Shown here: positions 49,101 to 61,100 of the stretch, piece by piece | Layout: each line of letters opens with the position of its first letter | How positions within the stretch are numbered: position 1 is the stretch's first letter | The notes under the pieces: generated by a model | What the model was told of the DNA's origin: nothing | Seen by the model: the letters and a program-made list of their open reading frames with translations, nothing else | The model's database searches: none | Translations under genes and position numbers: made by a program | NCBI GenBank assembly: GCA_018221105.1 | Contig: JAAOYA010000008.1 | Span: 259,244-323,243 of the forward strand | Direction: 5' to 3' | Source: Candidatus Woesearchaeota archaeon | Lineage (GTDB): Archaea > Nanobdellota > Nanobdellia > Woesearchaeales > JAAOYA01 | Length of the DNA stretch: 64,000 nt

Positions 49101-52100
49101 GCGGTATTGAAACATTCACATAAATAATTTTTGGCGATTGAAGTGTTATTGTAGGTATTAGTAATCCATCGCTATAACTGAACCCTGAACCGCTTAATTT
49201 TACTGTAATATTATTATCATCAATTGTTTTTGTTACTAGCACACTTGTTGAATTATCATTGCCTGATGCTAATATGTAAAAAGTGTCAATGTAATTATTG
49301 TTATGTCCTGACTCTTTGTATAATGTTGTATTGGTTAGTATTAATTGTTTATTAGACTGTACAGTTATGCTAACTGGTGTTGTGTAATTAGTATTAGTTG
49401 TCAGCTCAGGATTGGTCCATTGAACTGTTGGCACAGGATTTAATGATTGTGGCACTGTAGCGTTTTTGACTTCTATTGTGAAATTAAGCAGTGCTGACAC
49501 TCCGGGGCCAAGACTTGCCAGTGTATTATTGTAGCCTTTGTAAGTGTTTGTTTCGCTTAAGTATACTGTCGCATTGTAGGCTGTTACTTGTCCAATGTTT
49601 GTGATGTTAACCTCGATTGTAGTATTTTGACCGTTTGACTTGTTAACGTCTCCAACATTAAAAGATGTGTTTAATGGCACTATCGTAAGATTTGTCTTAG
49701 CTGTTACTATGAAAACATAACTGCTTGAAATATTATAGAATGCTGGCACGTGCTTATCTTGAACTTGTGCTACTACAGTGTACGATCCTGCAAAAGTAGT
49801 ATTAGTGAAATTGTGAGTGAAATTAAACTCTACCCATTCACCGTTTAATAAGACTCCTTCTCCTGGCGGCAACACATTAAAAACGTAAGTTGTAGGGCTT
49901 TGATCTGTCACGTTTAAGTATAGTGATGAAATGTTAAGTCCTGCGTCATCACCTGTCACAATTTTTATGCTTATTGACTGGTTTAATTCTGTGAAATTGT
50001 TTGGTGAGAACAATATTTTAGTTATGAACGGTGGCTCTTCAGTAATATTAAACACTGCGTCTACTATTTGGTTAGTGCTAGTGACTTGTTCTGTGATGTT
50101 TAATCTTATTCCAACATTGTTTTGTGAGCTGACACTGCCATTTTGGTATAATGTTATATTGTTGAGTCCTCCTTTTGCAACTATTAAACTTGTCGGATTG
50201 TAAATTGTGCCTGAAACATTATGATTTAATATGAACAGTCCTGCAACGTCACTGTAATTTGTGTCGCCCCATTCTGTGTAATTTATTGTTAGGTTTAAGT
50301 CTATGTTGCCACTGTTGTTGATTGTGTAAATTGCTATTATTGCTTTTTCGTTTAGCGCGTAATCGTTTGTTTGAGTTGTGTTTGGACTTATTGTGTAATC
50401 TGCGCTTGGCGGCACGTTCACTGTTACATTAGTGTATTTTGTCACTGTGTTATCGGCAGTTATTCTAAATAGTCCGCTGTAAGCTGCCGGGCTTTGAGCG
50501 TACGGCACTGTTATAGTGAACTCTGTTGTTCTTGAAGTGTTAACACTGATTGTTCCATAGAATATGTCTCCTTGTGATGGGCTAATCCAAGTTGCTGGCA
50601 GGTTGCCGCTTGACTCTAAGTATTCAAGATAGCTTGTTAGAGAGTTAACATTACCTGTGGCATTAGTTGTGTGATTGAATTTTTGTTGGTTTGAGTGGCT
50701 TACTGTAAAATTATAAAATGGCGGTATAGTATTTTCTGGATTATTATTTACAGATATTGTTCTACTGCTAGTGTCATTGTTTGTTTGATATTGTCCATCA
50801 GGATCTTCCCACTCTACATATGGTGTTATTTGATAATTTCCTTGCACGTCTAGTGGTACTTCTACAATGATTGTTGTCACATTACTGTCTGAGGAATTGA
50901 CAATGCCAATATTTTGTTTTTCTACAATCCAACCGTTTGGAGCCCAAGCACTAACATTAATGTTATAAGCTTTTGTAAAGCCAATATTATTTGTTGTGAT
51001 TGTTATCGTGACGTTTTCTCCGTGGTCTTGTGTTACATTATTGGCTGTTGCTCCTGTTCCAGTGATTGATAGGTTTGTGTAATCATAGACTTTGAACTGG
51101 TATAAGTTTGGCACTACCACATTGTTTGACTTGTCAACGATGTAGAATGTTATATTGTAAATGCCTCCTATTGGCAGGTCTGTGCTAATGTTTCTGAATT
51201 TTTTGCGATCAAGTTCTATTCCTTCTTCGTCAGCGTCATCCCAATAATAAATATCGCTCTCATTGTAAGTTATTATTGTTGTGTTTGGCAGTGTCATGTT
51301 AAAGTACATGCTTGTCAAGTTCATGCCTGTTAATGGTCCGACGTCTTCATCATCGCTAACTACAGCATACAATGTTATCGTAGTGTTGACTTCTGTAAAA
51401 TTATTCGGTGTTGTTGTAAGGTTTACTAGTTGCGGCTCTAAGTTTGTGATGTTAAAATAAATATATGAGTCATCGCTTGTTGGTGTTGCACTGCCATTAG
51501 TAAATGTTAGTTTTACCCAGTAATCATAGTATGATGCTGAACTTGGGAAAACATGAATATTGATTAATGATGATAAATTATTTTTTGTGATGTATACATT
51601 GCTTGGACTGTTTTGGCCTTCAGGGTTTCCAATACAGAAGTAATCAGGACAACCAGTGTCATCATAGGTTATTGTAAAGTTTAATGGAATATTACCAGTG
51701 TTATTTAATGTGAAGTTTGCTATTATGCCATCTTGGTTTAGCACGAATTCATTAGTCTTGTTGTCTGGTTGTACTATGTGCCACGTGCTATTGGTTAACA
51801 CTTCAAAACTAATGTTTATTACTTGTGTGGCAACGTTGTCACTTGTTATGTTGATTGTTCCAGTGTAAACTCCTGGGCTTTGATAGTACGGGCTTGTAAT
51901 ATTGAAGTCAAAAGTTTTTGTTGTGTATTCTGTAATGTTTGTTAGGTTTACTATTATTCCTTGTTGTGCTTGATAGTATAATGTTATCCAACTATCAGGC
52001 AGTGTTTGACTGTCAAATGTTGCTTGTATGTTGTCAAGCTCGCCATTGCCAGTGCTGTTTAATTGCACTGAAAAACTATTGGTGACTGTGTGCTCTGATT

Positions 52101-55100
52101 GAGCTGTTATTGAATTAATTGTTTGTAGTACTGCTCCAATGTTAATTGTTAAATTCAGTGAAGTTGAAAGGTTTTGCTGCGCGTCAGTTGTAATATTGTA
52201 CAAGCTTGTATAAGTGCCGTTTGTTGAGTTTAATGCTTTGATTGTTAACGTGACTGTTTTAAAATAATTTTCTTGCACTAAATTAAATGTTTTAGTTGCA
52301 TTATTCCAACTGCTTGCCTGCGAGTCAAAAATTGCCCAGTTTTGTGGCATGTTACCACCCAGGTATATAATGCTGGTGTTTGTTAGCGGAGCATTACCAG
52401 TTGAACTAATATTGAAATTGAAATTTTGTGCTGTGCTAATATTATCAGTTACTGAGAAGTTATTGTGACTGACTGTTAATTGCGGCGTTATTGTTATGTT
52501 GATGCTTATAGTATCCACTAATCCTTCATCGCTGGTGATGTTAATGAGTCCTTCATATGTTCCTGGAACGTATGATAAAACATTTACTATTACTTGCAAT
52601 AGTTTGCTAGTGTACTCTGCGATACTATTCCACCCGCTTCCAGTCCAACCACTGTCTGGACTGTCAAAAGTAATCCAGCTTGCTGGCAGTGTTAAACTTA
52701 TGAAATCCACTAACACGTTTGTTAGCGGAGCATTGCCTGTGGCATTAACACTAATGTTTGTTGTATGGGCGTCTGTAAGGTTTTCAGTTTCTGAAATTGC
52801 ATTTTGTGATATGCTAATGTTTGGAGTTATGTTGATGCTTATTTGTATTTCACGATATAATTGCAGTCCAGCATCATCAATTGCCGTGACATTAATGGTA
52901 CCATAATAATTAGCTTGGGAGTAGTTAGTGACTGTGATGTTGACTGTTAAATATCTTAGTGCTTGAGCGTTAATATAATCAAAATAATCTCCTGGAATAT
53001 TCCACTGACTGCTACTGCCATTAAATTGCACCCAACTACTATTCATGTTGGTGTTGACTAAATTTACGAACACGCTTTCTGCTGGTTGACTGCTCTCTCC
53101 AATTCTTTCATTACCACTGCAATTGAACAAGAATCCGAAAGTATGCGATTCGCTAAGATTGTCGGCGATAGTTATATTATATGGTTGGCCGGTGCTTGCA
53201 AGCACTATGTCAAGGTCTGGATTGCCACTTACGTGAATATAATAAGTACTATAAGTGTCTTGGCCTTGCGCACCATTATTATTAGTCCAATTAGCAATCC
53301 AATCAAGCGGAATATCACCTAATGGTCTTGAAGCTTTTAGTGTGATATTGTATGTGAAAGTACAATTTTGTTGTGGCAATAGTTTGCTTTGACAAGTATC
53401 ATTGTAGTATGTGATGTTTAACATGTGAACTGTTGAAAAACTATCATTAATGATTAAAATATTAGTCATTGAACCATTACCAATATTGTAAAGTGTGATG
53501 TTTTGCAAGAAATCATAATCTACAGGTCCCATATCATAAATGTTTTTAATGTTGGCGCTTAAATTGCCAAGAGTTGTAGGCTCCTCAAGTAGTACTGTGT
53601 AATTGATTGACTCTGTCTCATAATAGCTAGGAGTGTTATTAAAAGTTATTATGATTGTTTGATTGAGTGCTGGCACGCCAGTAGGAATTGTGAAATTGTG
53701 CTCGCAAAAGTTTACATTATTGCAGTATTTAGAAGTGTTTGCGACTGTTAAATTAGCAGTACCATTGATTAAAACATTAGTATCTGTTCTAGTCCAATTA
53801 GCTCTTAATGTGAAAATAGCGCTTGCCGGGTATGACTTAGTCCAATTACTTTGCACTAATGTTGGAGCCCAAATTTCGTACGATATGTTTTGCTCTCCGT
53901 AAATACCATACGGGTCAGTAGCATTAACTATTACTACGTGTTCTCCTTCATCACTAGTTGTTGTGATAGTGTAATTGTATGTTGCGTTAAGAGAAGTGCT
54001 GATTGCTTTATAATGTAAAGTGATGCTGTTGATTGTTGGCGTGACATTTGTGTTATTTGTTTGCAATATTGCTTTGTACTTGAAGAATTGTCCTGTGATG
54101 TTTACTAGTGTAGTGTTGTCACCTGAGACTGTGTAGTATGTACTAGCGGTTCCGTCTGGCCCAGTGAAATTACTATCTATTGTTGAAGCGTTGAAACTTG
54201 TCGCAACTTGGAATTTGACGCTAGTGTTTGTTGGTATTGTAGCATTCCAACTAATACCAAACAGTTTCGCAAACGATTCTGAGTCGATTAGTTGTGATGT
54301 GAAAGTTCCACTTGACGCGTAGGCGTTAGGATTGAATATTCTAACTTCTAATGCCGAGCCAGCAGAATTTTTGTAGCCTACTATTGGGGCTCCATTAAAA
54401 GGATTCAATTCTAAATCTAAAAAACATAGATAGTCACCAAACTTACAAGACCCTATGCTAGTTTTTGTCCATGCACTACTATTATATGAAGCATAAATGA
54501 CTTCTACAGCACTAAAATTTTGATATAATATTCTTGGCAAGCCATCAACTGGACTGGTTTTTATTGGCATGTGATCAATTTCATTACTGGATGCCATAGT
54601 ATCACCAACAGCAATGTTAGTAACGTCTGTTCCGTTCCAATAATCAACATAGTAAGCATAACCTTGTCTTCTACTAACATAAAAGTCTGTTTTCGAGTTT
54701 AACCCTATTCTTGGTCCAAAAGCACTGCTATCTAACCCTAAAGTAATATTTTCCCATCCTGTACTGTTTTGTATTCTAACTCTGTGGCGGTTGGTTTCAA
54801 TTGTTGTAATAACGGGATAATTATTTTCTTCAAAAACCATTTCTCCACTTCTACTACTTCCTGAACCTGTTACATTTGTTTCGTTTAAATAACTGCCATT
54901 CCAAACACCATAATACTGCCACCCACCTGAAATATTATTATAAGTCATTAAAGTATTATTATTTTGATCGAATAAAATCCAAATTTTTGAATTCGCATTT
55001 ATAGTCCTATTAATTCTTGTGCTGGTCCAATTAGAGCCATTGTAGGAAGCTAATCCTATATAATAAGATGGATTATCATACGATGCATAAGATATTGTTG

Positions 55101-58100
55101 GATATTTTGTTTGAGGGTGTAAACTAATACTTGGTTGATATCTTCCAGTTTCATTAGGAATTGTCAGTGGAATAATTTCTTCAGACCATCCAACACCATC
55201 ATAGACTATGTAGTAAAGATCTGGACTGGAAGTACAAGCCACGTGAAGATCTCCTGTAGTATTATCAATGGCAAATTTAAAAGTATCATAAGCGCTAAAC
55301 ATTGTACAATTTGTTATAATGTAAGGATTATTCCATAATCCTTCATAAGCTATTGTTAAATTGTTCGGGTTTGCTTGCGTGTTTGTGTGTGTACCGCTGT
55401 TCCATTCAGAGTCTTCGTTTTCTGTATTGTTGGTTATTGGTATTGTTGCCTCATCAACAAACCATGATTTTATTGCTGCTAGTATTCCGTCAATCCAAAT
55501 GCTTATCTTGTTTAGTATTAGATTCCAGTATTGGCTGAAGTCTGTCAGTTGTATTGTTCCGCTGATCTCCAGCGTTTGGTTAGGATTAGTATAATTTGTG
55601 TCAAGGCTCAGGTTTACTATTAGTGTTTGTACTGTGAACGCTGACAGTGTTGGGTTTTGGTTGTTGAAGCCGTCAGAGAGGTTGGCATAGAATTGTACAG
55701 TGTAATCACTGTAGGCCGTGGTGTTTTGCCAGGTGGTACTAAACCAACCTCCCATTTGACTTCCTGAAAGCATTATGGTGTGCTGTGTAGAATCTGATTT
55801 GTTGATGACTGCCCAAACAGTGCTTAGATTGTTGTTTAGGTCAACATTGCTTGTTGGTATATAGACGCTGATGTTGATTGTGTCATTAGCATTGCTGTGG
55901 TTTGTTGTGGTGTTTAGACTGATTGATGATTGATTTTCTAATGGTATTTTAACGCTTAGTGTAACATTGTTCTCAGCGTAAATGCCTTGCGGGTCTGTCA
56001 CGTTAACCTTGATTGTGTGATTGCCAGCGTAAACATGCGCTGAGAAAGTTTGTTCGTAATCTCCTGTTGTGTTTGTTTGTACATTAGTCCAATAGTTCAC
56101 TGTTATGCTGTTGATTATTGGTGTTATTGAGTCAGTGCTGGTCGTTAGCACTGCGCGATATTTTAATTCGTTGCTTATGCTTGTGAATGAATGTATTGCG
56201 CCATTAGTGGTGCTCTCCCAAGTTGAACCATTATCGTTTGATAAATAATATGTGATGTTTTGTCCGTTAAGTGTTTGGTCAGCAATAATTTGAGCGTTTG
56301 TAATGTTAGAGCTTGTTGTTACCTGACTGCTATTATACCCATGGCTAAGCTGGTATTGACTTTTTCTTTCATAATAATTAATTGTTGCCCCGCTGTTTCC
56401 TGTTACAACATCGTAATCCCCGTCTCCGTCCCAGTCTATTGCTTGCGGATTAGAATATGTTCCAACGTCAAACTCTTGGGTAATTATTGCCCAAGAAGGA
56501 TTGTTATTATTGCCGGTGTTGTTGTAGAATCCTACGAATCCATCGTCGCCACCTATTATTTGGTCGTAGTCACCATCACCATCGAAATCTATGATGGATG
56601 GTACAGGATAATTATATGAGGTCCCTAAAACAGCTCCAAAAAATGTGTCGTGTCTTTCCCAAGAAGGATTACTATTTGTGCCCGTGTTGTTGTAATAAAT
56701 TATTTTGTTATCCCAAGCAGTCCCAATAGCTATGTCGTAATCTCCATCGCCATCCCAGTCAAATATTTGTGGGTAAACATAATTACCATCATTTATTATC
56801 ATGTCATAGCATCCAGCGGCGCAGCTTGCGTTGATGTAAGTATTATTTCTCACCCAATTCGGTGCGGCGTTGCTACCATTGTTTAAAAAGAAATCTAATC
56901 TACCACTAATACTTCCTCCAACTAGTATGTCAAAATCTCCATCTGAGTCCCAGTCAACAATGGATGGAGTGTTATAACCATAATAAGGAACGATGCCGCC
57001 TACAATTGAAGTGTTTTGAACCCATACAGGATTAACGTTATCACCTGTATTTTCATAGAATTCTAAGTCATCAAATGAAGTTCCAATAATTAAATCATAA
57101 TCACTATCATTATCCCAATCAATAACTCTTGGAGCGGTTCTGCTAGAAGCAGTTGTTATGCTTGTAAAGTTTACTTTGCTATCGTTTTGCGTCCAACTAG
57201 CTCCTGAAATAGGAAGTGATAAAACCGTGCTGTTAGTATAACTTGCAATGTTCAAGTCTGTGCTGTCTTGCCATACGAAAACACTGTTGTTTTCTACGTT
57301 TCCTATGTCTGTTGAGTTGTATAGGTTTACGTGTCCGCTTGCAGTGGTGTTTTCGCTTGTGTTTTTTAGGTATGCGTCAAGGTTGAGTGTTACGTTGAGT
57401 GTTTCAACAGCGAACGTGTTGCTTGTTGGATTGATTTGCGCGTAACCAGAAGTTAGATTTGCATAATATTGGACTAGGTATGTTCCGTACTCGTCAGTGT
57501 TAGAATAAGTGTTGCTCCACCAACCGCCAGTTGCGGAGCCCGTGAGTGCCATGGTGTAGTTCGAACCGTTGACCTTTGTTACAATTGCCCAAACGTCATC
57601 AATCAAGTCACCACCAATGTTAATGCTTGGAATGTTGACTGTGATGTTGATTACTTCGTTTAAGTTTGCGTGTGTTGTAAAAGTGCTTGTGCTGTAGACT
57701 TGTGGCTCTAATGGAATTTTGTTTGAGATTTGTATGTTGTTCGCTCCAAACACACCCCACGAGGTTGTCATGTTGACTGTGATGTTGTTGATGCCACTCC
57801 AGCGAGGCGCTAAGGTGTCAATGCTATAATTGCCGCCTGAATCTGTGGTGTTTGTTAGGTTTGCAACATTATTATAATAAGTGTTGACTGTGCGACTTGA
57901 AATATCATGTTTTTCGTTGGTCCAATAACGCATACTTATACTGTTTATTTGTGGTGTTATTGCACTGTCACCAGTGCTTAGTATTGCACGATATTTTAAT
58001 TCGTTATCGTTGCTTGTAAAGGTGTGGATAGTGCCGTTTGTTATGCTTTCCCAAGTGCTGCCATTATCGTTTGAAACAAAATAATTGATTGTTTGACTGT

Positions 58101-61100
58101 TAAGTGTCTCATCAACAATTAGTTGTGCTGATGTGATATTGTAATTTGTTGTTGCTAGTGTTTTGGATGTTAGTGTTCCTGTTGTATTGTAGCCTGGTAC
58201 TTGTTCAAAAAAGAGTATTTTACCTTCTACGTTCCCACTTATAATATCTATGTCTGAGTCATTGTCCCAGTCTACAATTGTTGGCGCCGCGTTTCCTGCA
58301 CCAACAGTATGTACTGTTATCCCATCTGTTCCAGTTGGAGTGCTTGCTCCCATTTGCGTGTTGTCTTGTGACCATGAAGGATTACTATTATCTCCAGTGT
58401 TTTCAAAATAATTAATTAGTCCAAAAGAGCCTTCTTTTCCAACTATTGTATCCCAATCACCGTCAGAATCCCAATCAAACACTACTGGACGCGACCAAGT
58501 TCCAACATTAATGCCTGTGAAGAATCCTGTTTCTTCTGACCAGGAAGGGTTTTGGTTTGTTCCCGTATTATTGTAATATTTTAGTCCGCCGCCATAATCC
58601 CCAGTTACAATATCATAATCACCATCAGAATCCCAATCAATAACAAATGGGTCGTTTACAGTTCCAGAGTCTATTCCATCCCAGTTTGTTTCATTGCTTG
58701 CTCCGACTATTGTGTTGTTTATCACCCAGTCAGGATTAGAATTACTGCCATTATTTTCATAGTATCCCATGTAGTTATAATTTCCTGCAATTAAATCATA
58801 ATCACCATCAGAATCCCAATCAATAGCGTGAGGCGTGTAGTCTGTACCGCCTATAGGGAATTTGGTTGTGTTTAATATCCAATCAGGATTATCATTATCA
58901 CCGATGTTTTCATAATAAAAAAGAGTGCTTGAAGCTCTTCCAACTATTATATCATAGTCTCCATCTTCATCAAAATCAATAATGAATGGATCATTTCTAC
59001 CGCCAGAATCCAATCCATCAGTACAATTAAAACAGCTAGCGTTAAACATTGTATTGTTTGGTAACCAAGCAAAAGAGTCAATGGTTAATGTTATTTTTGA
59101 GCCTACAGTAATATTGCTTTGTGCACTGTCAACATAGTCGCTTGTTTGATAATCATCTGTGAAGACACTGTAGGTATTGTTGGTTAGTGTTGCTTGTCCG
59201 CCGATAATGATTTGCTCGCTTGCATTAGTGTAATTGTTGTTTAAGTTTACTGTCAGGTTCACTCTTTCAACTATGAATGAGGTTGTTACTGTGTTGCTGC
59301 TTGCAAAACTGTTTGAAAGGTTTGAATAAAATTGTAAGTTATACTGTCCTAATTCGCTTGTTTGGTTGAATAGTCCGCTCCAAGTTCCGCCTGCGCTACT
59401 GCCGTTTAATTGTACTGTTGTGCTTGCAATGTCTGAGGCTGACGGTTGTACTATTGCCCACACGCTGTCCAGTAAGTTGTTTGGGTCGATGCTTTCTGGC
59501 GGTAAGTAAACACTGATGTTGATAGTATTATTTTCATTAGCGTGCCTTGTTGTTGTGTACGTGCTTGTCGCGTTTGGATTGTTCATTGGCATTTTGACAA
59601 GCAATACAGTTTGGTTTTCGCCGTATATGCTGAAGTTGTCAGTGGCGTTGACTATGATTGTGTGATTGCCCGCTTCAAGTGGTGCTTGGAAAGTGTAATT
59701 GTACGTTGCGTTGAGGCCTGTAGCGATAGTCTTGTAGTGGACTGTTACAGAGTTGATAGTTGGAGTGATGCTTGTGTCATTAGTTTGTAAGAATGCTTTA
59801 TACTTGAAGTATCGAGCGTTAATGTTTGCTGTTGTACTGTTATCAGCGCTAATGGTGTAATAAGTACTGCTTGTTCCGTCTGGACCTGTGAAATTACTAT
59901 CTATTGTTGTTGTATTAAAACTCGTGGCGACTTGAAATTTAACTGATGTATTTGTTGGTATTGTAGCATTCCAGCTTAACCCATAAAGTTTTGCAAACGA
60001 GTTTGAATCAATAAGTTGTGAGGTGAAATTACCTGAAGAACTGTAAGCGTTTGCATTGAAAATTCTTACATTTAAATTGTCACTTGCGTCTTTATATCCT
60101 ATTATTGGAGCGTCGTTTTGTGGGTTTAACACCATGTCAAGAGCACATTGGTAATCACTAGTATGACAAATTCCTAAAATCGCAGATTTTTCCCAATTAC
60201 TACCATTATATTTTGCATGATAAATGTTACGAGTAGTATCCATATACAATGTGTTTGGTAGTCCATCAGCGCTAACTGTTAAAGGAGATTGTATTGGTTC
60301 TGCAAGATTAAAATAAATTCCAAGTGAAGGAAGAGTGGTATAACCAGTTCCATTCCAATAATGAGGATAGTAATTATTAACCCCGTCAAGTTTGCTGCTA
60401 ACATATACATCATTTATTGAGTTTAACCCTATTCTATACTCCCATGGAGTTGATGAGGTTCCCAACATGTGACTTTCCCATGATGTTCCATTATAATTTC
60501 TTAGATAAACTCTACCACTAGCTGGCGTTGCTGTTACTGGGTAACCATTTTCATCAAACACTATTTCACTAGCAAGGTTTTGTCCCCACGCGGGTGTTAG
60601 ATTTGTTTCATTTAAGTAAGAACCGTTGTAACTTGCAAAAATAAAGAAAAGCGAACTATTTTGATATGTGAACAATGTATCATTGTTCTGATCAACAACA
60701 GCAAAAATCCTGCTTTGTCCTTTAACTTGTGTTTGTATTTGAGTATTTGTCCAATTGGTTCCATTCCACTCAGATAACCCAATGTAATAATTAGTGTCAG
60801 AACTATTATAAGAATTATAAGTTACAAGAGGGTACTTTGTTTGAGGATGCAATGTGACTGAAGGATAATATCTGTTTGTTTCATCAGGTATTGTTTGAGG
60901 TATTAATTCTTGACTCCACGTAGCAGTACGAGTAAGATAGTAAAGGTCACTTCCTGAACTGCATACAACATGAAGCTTATTTGTATCATTATCAAAAGCG
61001 AATTTAAATGAGTCAGTAACAGCAGACATAGAACAATTACTAAACGTGTCGGTATCTTCCCAAAAACCTTCATAAGCTATTGTAATATTGTTGGTGTTTA

